The position numbers and the translations under genes are program-made. Shown here one piece after another: positions 1 through 9,290 of a DNA stretch of 64,000 nucleotides. The stretch's first letter is position 1; each line of letters begins with the position of its first letter. The notes below the pieces were generated by a model. That model did no database searches and was not told the DNA's origin. It was given only the letters and a program-made list of their open reading frames with translations. The stretch comes from Planctomycetota bacterium (lineage in GTDB: Bacteria; Planctomycetota; UBA8108; UBA1146): NCBI GenBank assembly GCA_016776905.1, contig JADHSM010000001.1, positions 180,455 through 244,454 on the forward strand, in the 5' to 3' direction.

Positions 1-2
1 AA

Positions 3-212
3 GTGGTTGCCGGAACAGATAGAACCCGATTGGCCTATCTCCTGGCTCTCTTCCTGATTCGTAAGCGATCTCTCGTCTGGGAGGATCATGCAGGAGAGGC
101 CTTGTTGGTCCGGGAAAAAAACTCAGAAGAAATCTATCAGATTCCTGTGCCAGATCTGGATCGAGAGACCCTTGAGACGGCAGTGGGGGAGATTGAAGCT
201 CTCTTTAGTTAG
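3..212 (+). CDS. C-terminal fragment of a hypothetical protein (gene starts upstream of window)
   Basis: Open frame running in from the window edge to a TAG at 210-212. No recognisable motif. Confidence 0.3.
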   Translation: MVAGTDRTRLAYLLALFLIRKRSLVWEDHAGEALLVREKNSEEIYQIPVPDLDRETLETAVGEIEALFS

Positions 213-228
213 GGTTTCAGGCGCATTC

Positions 229-273
229 TTGAGCGCATCCGCTGAGGCTTGGGCTTGAGCGCATCCGCTGAGG
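229..273. repeat. Direct repeat 2 x 19 bp (ttgagcgcatccgctgagg) separated by 7 bp
   Basis: Identical copies seen at 229-247 and 255-273, just downstream of the stop of the partial ORF. Confidence 0.6.
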
Positions 274-776
274 ATTCAGCGATCTCCTGCTGAAGAACTC
301 TTCCTCGAAATATCGTCGCGCCCTTCTTCGTTGAGAGATGAATCCGGGAATTCTCTGCGATCCGTTCGATCTCTTTCTGGGATCTTTGGAAAGAGGGGCT
401 CTCGGTGTCGAGTCCTTCCCCCTCTCATTACATGATTCATTACATGATCGAGGGCTCCCTTCGATCCCCACTTTCCTCCACAAGTTGGATTATCGATGGG
501 CTCTCTCGTGGAGCTTCTCAGCTTTTACGGAGCCCTGGAATAGCCTTATCTTTGTGAGTATTGCGAGTATTTAGGTAATTGAAGGCGATTTCAGCTTCTG
601 AGACCGTCTTTGAAATTTATTTTGAGCCCTCCAAAAAAAATATCTTCAGGCAGGCCCCAAATATGGTGGGGGTCGATGAAGCCACCCGTAGATGTTGTGG
701 AGGGCTGGTCGTAAGTCCATATTTAACAACACTATGTGAAAACTAGTGCCTTGCGGGGGCGAATGATGCCCATAAA

Positions 777-802
777 GTGGGGCCAAGTGGGAACAAGGGG
801 AG
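777..802 (+). promoter_or_regulatory. Putative MraZ operator: three direct repeats GTGGGG / GTGGGA / GGGGA with 10-bp periodicity
   Basis: aaGTGGGGccaaGTGGGAacaaGGGGAg lies about 80 bp upstream of mraZ. MraZ is known (E. coli) to bind direct TGGGN repeats spaced 10 bp apart upstream of its own promoter. Confidence 0.45.
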
Positions 803-884
803 CATGGTTCCACGTTGAGGGGGCAGACGAGTGAGCTCTTTGTTCAGTGAGTTTGTTTTTTAATCCAGAGATTTGGAGTGGCCT

Positions 885-1388
885 GTGGCAGCGCATTTCA
901 AGGGACAGTTTGAACTGACCCTCGACGATAAGGGGAGAGTGATCATCCCTTCTCGTCTGCGTGCCAAGATCGATCCTCGTTGCGACGGTGAGGGATTTGT
1001 TGCCACCGCCGGAACGGCTCCATGTCTCTGGATCTATACGACCGCCGAATGGGATCGGATCTCAGAAGAGACGCGAAAGTACGCCCGAGGATCTGCGGAA
1101 CTGCATGAACTTCAGCGTTATCTCTTCGGAATGGCAGAAGACTTGAACCCGGATCGACAGGGACGGGTGTTGATAGGGAATCGTCTTCGCAACTGGGCCC
1201 AGCTCGATAAGGAAGTGGTCTTCGTCGGTTGCTTCGACAGGATCGAGATCTGGGATGCTGCCGTATGGAATGAACGTAATGAAGATCGCGAGGCTTACCA
1301 AAATCGATTGGATGCCTTCCGTGACGAACACGGTGACTACGCAAGAAGAATGGATCAGTACTTCGGTGGAACTTCCACCGACGTTTGA
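885..1388 (+). CDS. mraZ: Transcriptional regulator MraZ
   Basis: N-terminus AAHFKGQFELTLDDKGRVIIP matches the MraZ hallmark (FxGxxxxxLDxKGRxxxP). First gene of a dcw-type cluster. The ORF track starts at TTG 873; a GTG at 885 gives the canonical N-terminus. Confidence 0.8.
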   Translation: MAAHFKGQFELTLDDKGRVIIPSRLRAKIDPRCDGEGFVATAGTAPCLWIYTTAEWDRISEETRKYARGSAELHELQRYLFGMAEDLNPDRQGRVLIGNRLRNWAQLDKEVVFVGCFDRIEIWDAAVWNERNEDREAYQNRLDAFRDEHGDYARRMDQYFGGTSTDV

Positions 1389-1446
1389 CTGGGGAAGGGT
1401 TGACGAGGGGGAATCGTCAACCAAGGAAAAAAGATGGGGGACAGAG

Positions 1447-1710
1447 ATGATTTCGTTGTTAGATCAACATGTAGATTCGAATCAGAGACAATCGCAGGCC
1501 GTGAGTAGAATCAGGGACTTCCTTTTATCGGGACAGTACCTCGACGAAGCTCCTGATTCCGTATTACGGGATTTAGATCTGCTCTGGGAGCGTATTCAGC
1601 ACGCTCGTGATAATGGTGCAGACGGTGTCCGTCTGTCGAAGAATTTGCACAGGGCAGCCCGTGCACGTGCACTCGGAAAGTTCATCGCACCGACCCTCGA
1701 TCACGTTTGA
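1447..1710 (+). CDS. Small hypothetical protein (87 aa) inserted between mraZ and rsmH
   Basis: ATG at 1447 (MISLLDQHVD...) with a G-rich stretch upstream. The frame exactly fills the mraZ-rsmH gap (stop 1710, rsmH ATG 1724). No recognisable motif. The 5' part of the track ORF 1255-1710 overlaps mraZ and is discounted. Confidence 0.3.
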   Translation: MISLLDQHVDSNQRQSQAVSRIRDFLLSGQYLDEAPDSVLRDLDLLWERIQHARDNGADGVRLSKNLHRAARARALGKFIAPTLDHV

Positions 1711-1723
1711 ATCGTTCGGTCAT

Positions 1724-2614
1724 ATGGCGGGACACGTTCCAGTACTCCTAGAGGAGGTCTTGCAAGGCTTGGCCCCTCTACCCGGAGAAAACTTACTCGA
1801 TCTCACCCTGGGCAGGGGTGGGCACGCACTGGAGATTCTGAAGCTTACCGCTCCTCAGGGTCAATTAGTGGGTGTCGATCGTGATCCCGTTGCATTGGAA
1901 GAGACTGCCACTCGGCTTCCTGCCGAGAGAGTCTTGTTGATTCAAGGTGACTTTGGGCGAATTCCACAGTTGCGAGAGAAGATGGGTTCGGGGACATGGG
2001 ATCTCGTCCTCGCTGATTTGGGAGTCTCTTCACCTCAGATAGACGTGGGTGAAAGAGGATTTTCATTTCGATACGACGGCCCTCTCGATATGAGGATGGA
2101 CCCCACTGAAGGGGAAACAGCAGCGGAATATATTGCAAGGATCGACGAGGCAGGACTTGCCAAAATCATCCACGAATATGGAGAAGATCGTCATTCTCGC
2201 CGTATTGCTTCAGCCATCGTTCAAGAGAGACGTCGTGGAGCGATAGAGACGACAGCTCACCTGGCGAAAATAATTGAAGACCACATGCCGCGATCTCGAG
2301 ATCAGCATCTACATCCCGCGACGCGTACCTTTCAGGCGTTACGTATCGAAGTCAATCGTGAAATGACAGCGCTTCAGCACTTACTTGATCGGACTGGAAA
2401 TCTGCTCTCTCCGGGAGGGCGAATGGCGGTGTTGAGTTACCACTCTCTGGAAGATCGAAAAGTGAAGCAGGTATTCAAGGATCTTATCAAAGAGGGAGAC
2501 CATGAATTAGTGACGACGCGACCTGTTCGCCCAGGTGACGGCGAGTTGCGGAAGAATCCTCGATCTCGATCTGCACGACTCAGGATATTACGCAGGAAAG
2601 GGTCGTCAGAATGA
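1724..2614 (+). CDS. rsmH: 16S rRNA (cytosine1402-N4)-methyltransferase RsmH
   Basis: MAGHVPVLLEEVL...DLTLGRGGHA is the typical RsmH N-terminus and SAM motif. Follows mraZ. Real ATG at 1724 inside the longer track ORF. Confidence 0.9.
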   Translation: MAGHVPVLLEEVLQGLAPLPGENLLDLTLGRGGHALEILKLTAPQGQLVGVDRDPVALEETATRLPAERVLLIQGDFGRIPQLREKMGSGTWDLVLADLGVSSPQIDVGERGFSFRYDGPLDMRMDPTEGETAAEYIARIDEAGLAKIIHEYGEDRHSRRIASAIVQERRRGAIETTAHLAKIIEDHMPRSRDQHLHPATRTFQALRIEVNREMTALQHLLDRTGNLLSPGGRMAVLSYHSLEDRKVKQVFKDLIKEGDHELVTTRPVRPGDGELRKNPRSRSARLRILRRKGSSE

Positions 2615-2892
2615 CAATGAAACGATGGATCCTGATTCTGCTGTTGTTGACGACGGGTACCTTTGCGCTGGTTTGGTGTAAGTCAGATCAGCGAAGGCTG
2701 AAAAGCGAGATTTATAAGAACCAAGCTCTTCTTGTAAGTCTCGATGTGGAGCTCCAAGATTTGCAAATTTTGCAGCAGGGCGAAATCTCTTCACATGTAC
2801 AAAACGGAGCAGAATTGTACGAAAGGCTCGTGGACTTGAAAAATCATGGATTGATAGAGTTCAGTCCCATATTTGCGAATTGGGAAAAATAG
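2611..2892 (+). CDS. ftsL: FtsL-like septum formation protein (bitopic, coiled-coil)
   Basis: 93 aa with an N-terminal transmembrane helix (WILILLLLTTGTFALVW) followed by a coiled-coil-like region. ATGA overlap with the rsmH stop. Sits in the canonical ftsL position between rsmH and ftsI. Confidence 0.5.
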   Translation: MTMKRWILILLLLTTGTFALVWCKSDQRRLKSEIYKNQALLVSLDVELQDLQILQQGEISSHVQNGAELYERLVDLKNHGLIEFSPIFANWEK

Positions 2893-2939
2893 GAGAAGGC
2901 GCACGTCTGGCCCTGAAGTTGCATACCCAGCTGTTGTGA

Positions 2940-5219
2940 ATGAGCACAGCAAAGAGATCTGAAAGCGGTAACACATCCATGACACGAGTTCGTCGTTCTC
3001 CCGCCCAAAAAAAATCGAGCAAACGCCCCTCCAAAATTTCGGACTTCTCTTTGATTCGTGATAATAGAAATATTGTCGGATCCGCGATGTTCATCTGTAT
3101 CCTGCTGGGGTTATGCATCGTCGGTCTTCGTGTGGGGCAAATGCAATTATTGGAACGGGGGATCTGGGAGACTCGTATGGCAAAAGCTCAGAGTCGAAAG
3201 TCCACCGGGAATGAAACTCGCGGAAGCATTTCTGATCGCAATGGAAATTTTCTGGCAGTGGATGTGCCGTTTTTTATTGTCGGCATCGATCCCCTTGGGC
3301 TCTCCAAGAATTGCGCGTCAGATTTCGAAGTGAATCCATTGCTCGTCAAAAAGGAATCTAAGAGAGCCGTGTCTTCCGACGAGTTTTCGAAAGAAATCGC
3401 CATCGACGAGTTTCTAGATATGTTATTGGATTGTGGTCTCCAGCTCGATAATTCTTTGGAGGATACTCTCCTCTCTCTCAAAGCGAGTCTCAAATATAAT
3501 CGCAAATTGAGTCGAGATGCGGGAATCGAAACGGATTCCAAAACGGATTCCAAAACGGATTCCAAAACGGATTCCAAAACGGATTCTAAAACGGATTCTA
3601 AAACGGATTCCGAAACGGATTCCGAAACAAAGACTAGTCCTATTCAATATTTACGTTTGGGAATACTGAGGAGCGTCGCAGAGAAGAATCGATTCGAAGC
3701 ACTCGAGAGGGCACTGACAAAAGATTTTTTGAAGCGGAATGTTTTCCCGAGGTTTGTCACACGATTCGAACGGCTATATCCATATGAAGATTCCCTTCAA
3801 CTACTCTTAGGTGAGATGAGAGGGAAGACAAATGATGGAAATACGGGACTAGAGAATGACAATAATGCAGTATTGAAAAGTCAGAAGACACTTTCAAAGC
3901 AACGCACTGATAGTCGCGGACGTCCGTTAGAAGATCCCACGACGTTGATCCCAGGCTATTCAGGCCAGGACCTTATTCTTTCCATCGACATCTTGTTACA
4001 GAAGGAAGTCGAGCACCTTTGTCTCCAGAATATGCGGAGAACTTCCGCCAAAAGTGTGAGTGCCTTGGTTCTGGATCCATTCACTGGAGAAATCTTTTCT
4101 TGGGTCACTGTTCCAGCACTCGCGAGAGGTGAGAGAACGAGAATCCGCAACACGTTCGAGGAGGCTGAAGCGGATCGTCGGATTCGTGAAAAGAGTTCCC
4201 GTTTAGAGCGATTGCCGAAGGCCCCCGGTTCGGTGGTAAAACCATTGATCATGGCCAAAGCCTTGAGCATGGGTCTTCCTCTCACCTTGGCTCTCGATGT
4301 GAAGAGTAAAGATCAATTTATCGCCAATGAAAATAGTAGCCGAGGCCGCGGCCGAATATTTAGGGACAGTTCTCTTTTGAGAGATAAAACCTTGGCCGGC
4401 GCCGTGATCTATTCGAGCAATATCGGGATGGCTGATCTGGGGTTGCATCACATGTCCAAGAAGCAACTGGCTGAAGGCTTGGAGATGTTTGGTCTGGGGC
4501 AAAGAACTGGGATCGAGCTGTTCGGTGAAGATCTGGGTTTGCTCAAGCCTGTCGAAGATTGGGATTGGTACACCCGAGGATCCGCATGTTTCGGATACGA
4601 GATGCGGGTGACTCCCATCCAGGTGGCCCGGGCATATATGGCGATTGCAAATGGCGGTTATCTTCTCAATCCCACTTTTATGAAAGACAAAGAAGCGAAC
4701 TCAGTCCCTTTTCTGAATGAAGAGGTGGCTCGTAAAACTCGAACTGTTCTGCGGAGAGTCGTGACGGAAGGAACAGGGAGGCATGTGATTCAGCATGTCG
4801 GCCCCGAATTGGTCGATATCATTCGATCCGGTCGATTGGAAATGGCCGGGAAAACCGGCACTATCAAACTGTTGAATGAAAACAAAGAGTTCTCCACAGA
4901 ACTCTATTCCTCCAGTTTTGTGGGGTTTGCTCCCGTGGAAAATGCTCAATTTCTGACCGTTGTCATGGTGGAAGAACCGACAACGGAGGACCGAATGTAC
5001 TATGCCTCGAAGTCTGCAGCCCCGCTGGGAGCACAGATCTTGGCCTCGGCCATGAATCTGTCCGGTTTTGATCCCTATCAAGTGCGGGTGGAGAAGAAGG
5101 AAGAATCCGAGGCTGGGAACTTGGAGGTGAGCCATGAGGCCGGTAATGTGGCCTTGCGGGAAACCTCGACTGGGAGAGTCGTCGTCGAGGAGCAGGAGGG
5201 GGAACCGGAACAGTGGTAG
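2940..5219 (+). CDS. ftsI: Class B penicillin-binding protein (FtsI/PBP3-type transpeptidase) with an internal KTDS repeat insertion
   Basis: N-terminal transmembrane helix. SxxK motif (GSVVKPLIMAKAL), SxN motif (YSSNIGMA) and KTG motif (AGKTGTIK). Sits in the ftsI position of the dcw cluster. Confidence 0.85.
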   Translation: MSTAKRSESGNTSMTRVRRSPAQKKSSKRPSKISDFSLIRDNRNIVGSAMFICILLGLCIVGLRVGQMQLLERGIWETRMAKAQSRKSTGNETRGSISDRNGNFLAVDVPFFIVGIDPLGLSKNCASDFEVNPLLVKKESKRAVSSDEFSKEIAIDEFLDMLLDCGLQLDNSLEDTLLSLKASLKYNRKLSRDAGIETDSKTDSKTDSKTDSKTDSKTDSKTDSETDSETKTSPIQYLRLGILRSVAEKNRFEALERALTKDFLKRNVFPRFVTRFERLYPYEDSLQLLLGEMRGKTNDGNTGLENDNNAVLKSQKTLSKQRTDSRGRPLEDPTTLIPGYSGQDLILSIDILLQKEVEHLCLQNMRRTSAKSVSALVLDPFTGEIFSWVTVPALARGERTRIRNTFEEAEADRRIREKSSRLERLPKAPGSVVKPLIMAKALSMGLPLTLALDVKSKDQFIANENSSRGRGRIFRDSSLLRDKTLAGAVIYSSNIGMADLGLHHMSKKQLAEGLEMFGLGQRTGIELFGEDLGLLKPVEDWDWYTRGSACFGYEMRVTPIQVARAYMAIANGGYLLNPTFMKDKEANSVPFLNEEVARKTRTVLRRVVTEGTGRHVIQHVGPELVDIIRSGRLEMAGKTGTIKLLNENKEFSTELYSSSFVGFAPVENAQFLTVVMVEEPTTEDRMYYASKSAAPLGAQILASAMNLSGFDPYQVRVEKKEESEAGNLEVSHEAGNVALRETSTGRVVVEEQEGEPEQW
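3528..3623 (+). repeat. Perfect tandem repeat, 8 x 12 bp (g/aaaacggattcc), encoding (KTDS)8 in frame inside ftsI
   Basis: Directly visible in the sequence; only wobble variants (c/t) occur between units. Confidence 0.95.
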
Positions 5220-6676
5220 CAACACAAGGGATACCGTTGCCATCATTGAGCAACGAGGATCTGAATCAGATCCTCGGCGTATCTGTGTTGTCGTGTTCTC
5301 AAAAGTTCCGATTCAAGTCTATGGCATGGGACAGTCGTCAATCCGCTGGCGATCTGTTTGTTGCGATTAATGGCATCTCCTTTGACGGTCATCAGCTGAT
5401 CAAAGAGAAGATAGCAGCGGGTGCTCAAGGCATCGTCGCAGAGATTGAACCTCCGCAGGATCTTCCAAAGAATATCAGTTGGTGGCACGTTCAGGATTCT
5501 CGAAAAGAACTGGCTCATTTATCCCATGAGGCTTATGGATCTCCTGCGAGCAAACTTCAGGTCTATGGCGTCACGGGAACGAATGGCAAAAGTAGCACCG
5601 TGCGTTGGCTTGCATCTATTCTTCAATCTGCTGGATTGAAAACCGGGTGGATGACAACCGTGGATCGATGTGTCGCTTCAGAAATCTCGCAGAGTTCTTG
5701 CACCACCGCTCCGGCGACAGAGTTAGCAGAAGCTTTGAATCGTCATCACAAATCGGGGGGGCAAGCGATGGTCTTGGAGGTCTCTTCTCACGCGATTCAT
5801 CAGAGTCGCGTCGCAGGGATCTCATGGGAGGCGGCTGGCGTCACCCAGTTGGGGCGAGATCATCTCGACTATCACAAAACTGTGGACGCTTACCATCGGG
5901 TCAAACTGGGGCTGCAATCCAGTTGTAAGACAGATGGGGCTTTCCTTGTTCCTGTTGAAGGAGAAAGTGATTCTTATGAATCCGCTTTTGAGGACAGACT
6001 CGGAAATAACAGATGGACAGCTCAGGTCGAGGAACGAAACCTGAAGGTGACTCATGCTGTTCTGTCGGGCCCCGGCGTTTCATTGAAAGTGGCACTTCCT
6101 CGACCCGGAAAACACGATCTTTCAAATGCACTTTGCGCTGCCGCCATGGCCTATTCTTCGGGGATTTCAAAGGAAGCGATTCAGAAAGGGCTGGAAACAG
6201 GGGAGTTGGTAGAGGGGCGTATGGAGCAGATCTCTCCGGGGATTTTCGTAGATTACGCTCATACGCCAGATGCACTACAGGCGGTACTGACCACATGCCG
6301 TGATCTTTGCACCGGTTCCCTCAGAGTTGTTTTTGGTTGCGGAGGAGATAGGGATCGAGGCAAGAGGCCCGAGATGGGGCGCGTCGCTGATGAAGCGGCG
6401 GATGTCATCTATCTCACGGATGACAATCCCCGTTCTGAAAACCCATCGGCCATCATTGAGGACATCGTCTCTGGAGTCAGGGACAGAGATTCGATCCGAA
6501 TCAGTTCTGATCGAAGGTCTGCGATTGAAACCGCACTCTCTGATTATCGCCAGGGAGATATTCTGGTCATCGCAGGAAAAGGACATGAGAAAACTCAGGA
6601 AGTAGATGGAGTGTTCTCTCCCTTTAGTGATTCCGAGGTCATCTTAGAATGCCTCGGACAGGATGGTCTGGCATGA
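5213..6676 (+). CDS. murE: UDP-N-acetylmuramoyl-L-alanyl-D-glutamate--2,6-diaminopimelate ligase MurE
   Basis: P-loop GVTGTNGKSST. DNPR motif (LTDDNPRSENP), diagnostic of meso-DAP-adding MurE. GTG start overlaps the ftsI stop; an alternative ATG lies at 5321. Confidence 0.9.
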   Translation: MVATQGIPLPSLSNEDLNQILGVSVLSCSQKFRFKSMAWDSRQSAGDLFVAINGISFDGHQLIKEKIAAGAQGIVAEIEPPQDLPKNISWWHVQDSRKELAHLSHEAYGSPASKLQVYGVTGTNGKSSTVRWLASILQSAGLKTGWMTTVDRCVASEISQSSCTTAPATELAEALNRHHKSGGQAMVLEVSSHAIHQSRVAGISWEAAGVTQLGRDHLDYHKTVDAYHRVKLGLQSSCKTDGAFLVPVEGESDSYESAFEDRLGNNRWTAQVEERNLKVTHAVLSGPGVSLKVALPRPGKHDLSNALCAAAMAYSSGISKEAIQKGLETGELVEGRMEQISPGIFVDYAHTPDALQAVLTTCRDLCTGSLRVVFGCGGDRDRGKRPEMGRVADEAADVIYLTDDNPRSENPSAIIEDIVSGVRDRDSIRISSDRRSAIETALSDYRQGDILVIAGKGHEKTQEVDGVFSPFSDSEVILECLGQDGLA

Positions 6677-8133
6677 AAAAACGCTCTATTCAAGAAGTGC
6701 TGAGGCTCTTGTCGAAGCCGATAGAGATACGCCCCGGAGTGACTTCAAGAGTCGAATGTCAGCCGCTGCGTATCGTCGATGATTTCGCGGTGACCGGGGC
6801 AGCACTCGATAGCCGCCACATTCAGTCCGGGTTTATATTTGCTGCATTCCAAGGTGAGAACTGTCATGGACTGGATCATGTTGAAAGTGCATGGAAATCT
6901 GGAGCATCGGTGGTTCTGACAGAGATCGGAGCTGGAGCCCGAGTGAAAGGGCCCACTCTAGAGGTTCCAAATGTAAAAGAGGCACTGGTTCATCTCGCCA
7001 CGGCCGTGCGAAATGAAGATCGATCCTCAGCTTCCTCTGGATTAAAGACGGTGGCAGTGACGGGGAGTGTTGGAAAAACGACAACCTGTCATGTGGGTTC
7101 TCTTTTGTGTGACTCCCACTTTCAGGTCCATTCGCCTCGTAATTCCTTCAATAACTTGCTGGGTGTTCCGATCACAATTTTAGAGGCGGCAGAAAGTACG
7201 AATTGTCTTTGGTTAGAGATGGGAACCAACAGCCACGGCGAAATTGCTCAACTTGTTGATATCGGGCAACCCGATATAGGAGTAGTGACGGCAGTGGGTG
7301 CGACTCACCTCGAAGGACTGGGATCGGTGGAAGGTGTCTTCAGGGAAAAGTTTTCACTTTTCGACGTGGAGTCTCTTCAGTGGGGCATCGCTCCCGTCGA
7401 ATTTCGAGATGAACGTCTCGAAACCCTCAACGGCGCCCACAGCGGCACCGATTTTATTTGGACGGGGCCGGGAGGGGATCTTGAAATCCAAAACGATTCC
7501 TCCCACGAAATCACCGTCATTGATCGCAGATCAGATCAGAAATTCCCAATAGAAACTTCGATGACCGGATACGGATTCCTTCGCTGCCTAGAATCTTCCA
7601 TTGCGGTAGCTCTGCAACTGGGTATCTCTGCTTCAGACATTCAGCAAGTGGCATCGTCATTGACTCTCCCTCCTATGAGGGCAGAAGTTCACGACGTCAA
7701 AGGCATCCAATTAATTCTAGATTGTTATAACGCTTCACCTCCTTCAGTTCGTGGAGCGATTGGCGACTTGGCGCAATCGGTGGGCGGACGAAGAATCGCC
7801 GTATTGGGAACGATGGAAGAATTGGGTCCAGAGGAAAAACGATACCACCAAGAGATGGGGAGAGCGTGTGTCGAAGAAGGACTCGATTTCGTCGTGGCTT
7901 GGGGAAGAGCCGCGGATTGGATTACGGAGGGGGTGACCTCCGCTGGAGGCACCTGTGAGTCTCCTTCTGACCTAGAATCGGCTCTATCCTTCCTTTCCTC
8001 GGAGTTGAAGGTGGGAGACCGGGTACTGTTTAAAGCTTCCCGAAAAGAAAAACTGGAATTGATGGCTCAGCAGCTCAAAGCGAGATGGCTGACCGTGACC
8101 ACTGAATCAAGGTCGGGGGAGGCCCGTCAATGA
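6673..8133 (+). CDS. murF: UDP-N-acetylmuramoyl-tripeptide--D-alanyl-D-alanine ligase MurF
   Basis: P-loop VAVTGSVGKTTT and Mur ligase architecture. ATGA overlap with the murE stop at 6673-6676. The track ORF starts 24 nt upstream at 6649. Confidence 0.85.
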   Translation: MKKRSIQEVLRLLSKPIEIRPGVTSRVECQPLRIVDDFAVTGAALDSRHIQSGFIFAAFQGENCHGLDHVESAWKSGASVVLTEIGAGARVKGPTLEVPNVKEALVHLATAVRNEDRSSASSGLKTVAVTGSVGKTTTCHVGSLLCDSHFQVHSPRNSFNNLLGVPITILEAAESTNCLWLEMGTNSHGEIAQLVDIGQPDIGVVTAVGATHLEGLGSVEGVFREKFSLFDVESLQWGIAPVEFRDERLETLNGAHSGTDFIWTGPGGDLEIQNDSSHEITVIDRRSDQKFPIETSMTGYGFLRCLESSIAVALQLGISASDIQQVASSLTLPPMRAEVHDVKGIQLILDCYNASPPSVRGAIGDLAQSVGGRRIAVLGTMEELGPEEKRYHQEMGRACVEEGLDFVVAWGRAADWITEGVTSAGGTCESPSDLESALSFLSSELKVGDRVLFKASRKEKLELMAQQLKARWLTVTTESRSGEARQ

Positions 8134-9290
8134 CGACTCCTGTCGCCGAGATGTCCACCATGAGATTTGACCCTGCGGATCAGCAAAAAAAATTGCTCTT
8201 TACCCTCATCTCTTTGGTGCTCCTTGGAAGCATCACTTTGTTCAGTGCGACCAGTTATCGATCGGTCCTTGTCTCTCCTGACGATAACCCGTTGTGGATG
8301 TGGCAGGATCAGTTAAAGGGTTATGGTCTGGGGGCCTTGTTTTTCTGGGTGGGATATCAAGTTCGTCCTCGACGTTGGATCTCTAAAGGTCTGATTATTC
8401 CCGCGTTGTTTGCGCTGATTTTGTTTCTTTTGGCGACTAAATTTACGCCAATGGGTATTGGAATCAATGATGCCTATCGCTGGCTTCAATTCGGCCCCGT
8501 CCGTTTTCAGCCTTCTGAGTTAGCGAAAGTGATTGTGCCGGCTTTCATGATTTACGTGACGGGGACTTGGAAAATGAATTCTCGTTTGAGCCTCAAAAAA
8601 CTGCACTTCACAGGATTTGGACTGCTCTTGGTTGGGGGATTACTCCCTATGGGATTGATCTTCATCCAGCCTGATTGGGGCACCACTATTGTCGTTGGAG
8701 CATTGGCGACATTGACGGTGCCTCGCTGGCCTCGCATTTATGTATATGCCACGGTGGTGTTGATACCGGCTGCTTTGAGCTTGCTCTACCTGGGTAGAGG
8801 TCGTCTTCCCGAAATCAAGGAAAGACTGAGTGCCCCGTTTGATCCCGAGTCAGTTCCACAGGTTTGGACTTCTCTCCAAGCGGTGGGATCTGGAGGATTG
8901 ATGGGAAAAGGATTGGGAGAAGGAATGTCCAAAATGGGGCATCTTCCATCGTCCTACAATGATTTCATTTTTGCAGTGTATGCGGAAGAGACGGGATTCT
9001 TCGGTGTATGCCTTCTGTTGGGACTCTTTTCCTTATTGTTGCACGCAGGTTGGCGAGTGGCGAATTCCTTGGAAGATGAAGATCTCTCTTGCTTGGCTCT
9101 GGTTTTAACTTTCGCCATCACGGGTCAGGCACTGATCAATTTGGGTGTAAATGTCGCGCTGCTCCCTACAAAAGGAATCGCATTACCCTTCTTTTCCCAC
9201 GGATCGACCGGCTTGGCGGTATTCCTAGGTATGTGCGGGATTCTATTCTCTTTGACCCGTTGTCGGGGCAGGGAGGTATTGATCTCATGA
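8130..9290 (+). CDS. ftsW: SEDS-family peptidoglycan glycosyltransferase FtsW/RodA-like
   Basis: Polytopic membrane protein of about 10 transmembrane helices with typical SEDS sequence. ATGA overlap with the murF stop. Note that mraY and murD, which normally lie between murF and ftsW, are absent here. Confidence 0.8.
   Translation: MTTPVAEMSTMRFDPADQQKKLLFTLISLVLLGSITLFSATSYRSVLVSPDDNPLWMWQDQLKGYGLGALFFWVGYQVRPRRWISKGLIIPALFALILFLLATKFTPMGIGINDAYRWLQFGPVRFQPSELAKVIVPAFMIYVTGTWKMNSRLSLKKLHFTGFGLLLVGGLLPMGLIFIQPDWGTTIVVGALATLTVPRWPRIYVYATVVLIPAALSLLYLGRGRLPEIKERLSAPFDPESVPQVWTSLQAVGSGGLMGKGLGEGMSKMGHLPSSYNDFIFAVYAEETGFFGVCLLLGLFSLLLHAGWRVANSLEDEDLSCLALVLTFAITGQALINLGVNVALLPTKGIALPFFSHGSTGLAVFLGMCGILFSLTRCRGREVLIS

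Noticed and set aside
1255-1446. Upstream part of track ORF 1255-1710 overlapping the mraZ 3' end
   Set aside because: It lies in a different frame and overlaps a well-supported mraZ. Only the portion from ATG 1447 is a plausible independent gene.
3188-3647. Antisense ORFs 3188-3577 (-) and 3423-3647 (-) with SVLESVLESVLE and GIRFGIRF repeats
   Set aside because: These are frame artefacts generated by the 12-bp tandem repeat inside ftsI. The sense frame carries all of the PBP motifs.
5616-6586. Multiple antisense and alternate-frame ORFs inside murE (for example 5901-6296 -, 6275-6586 -)
   Set aside because: They are embedded in a strongly supported Mur ligase frame and have no motifs. They are typical of chance ORFs in a coding region at about 50% GC.
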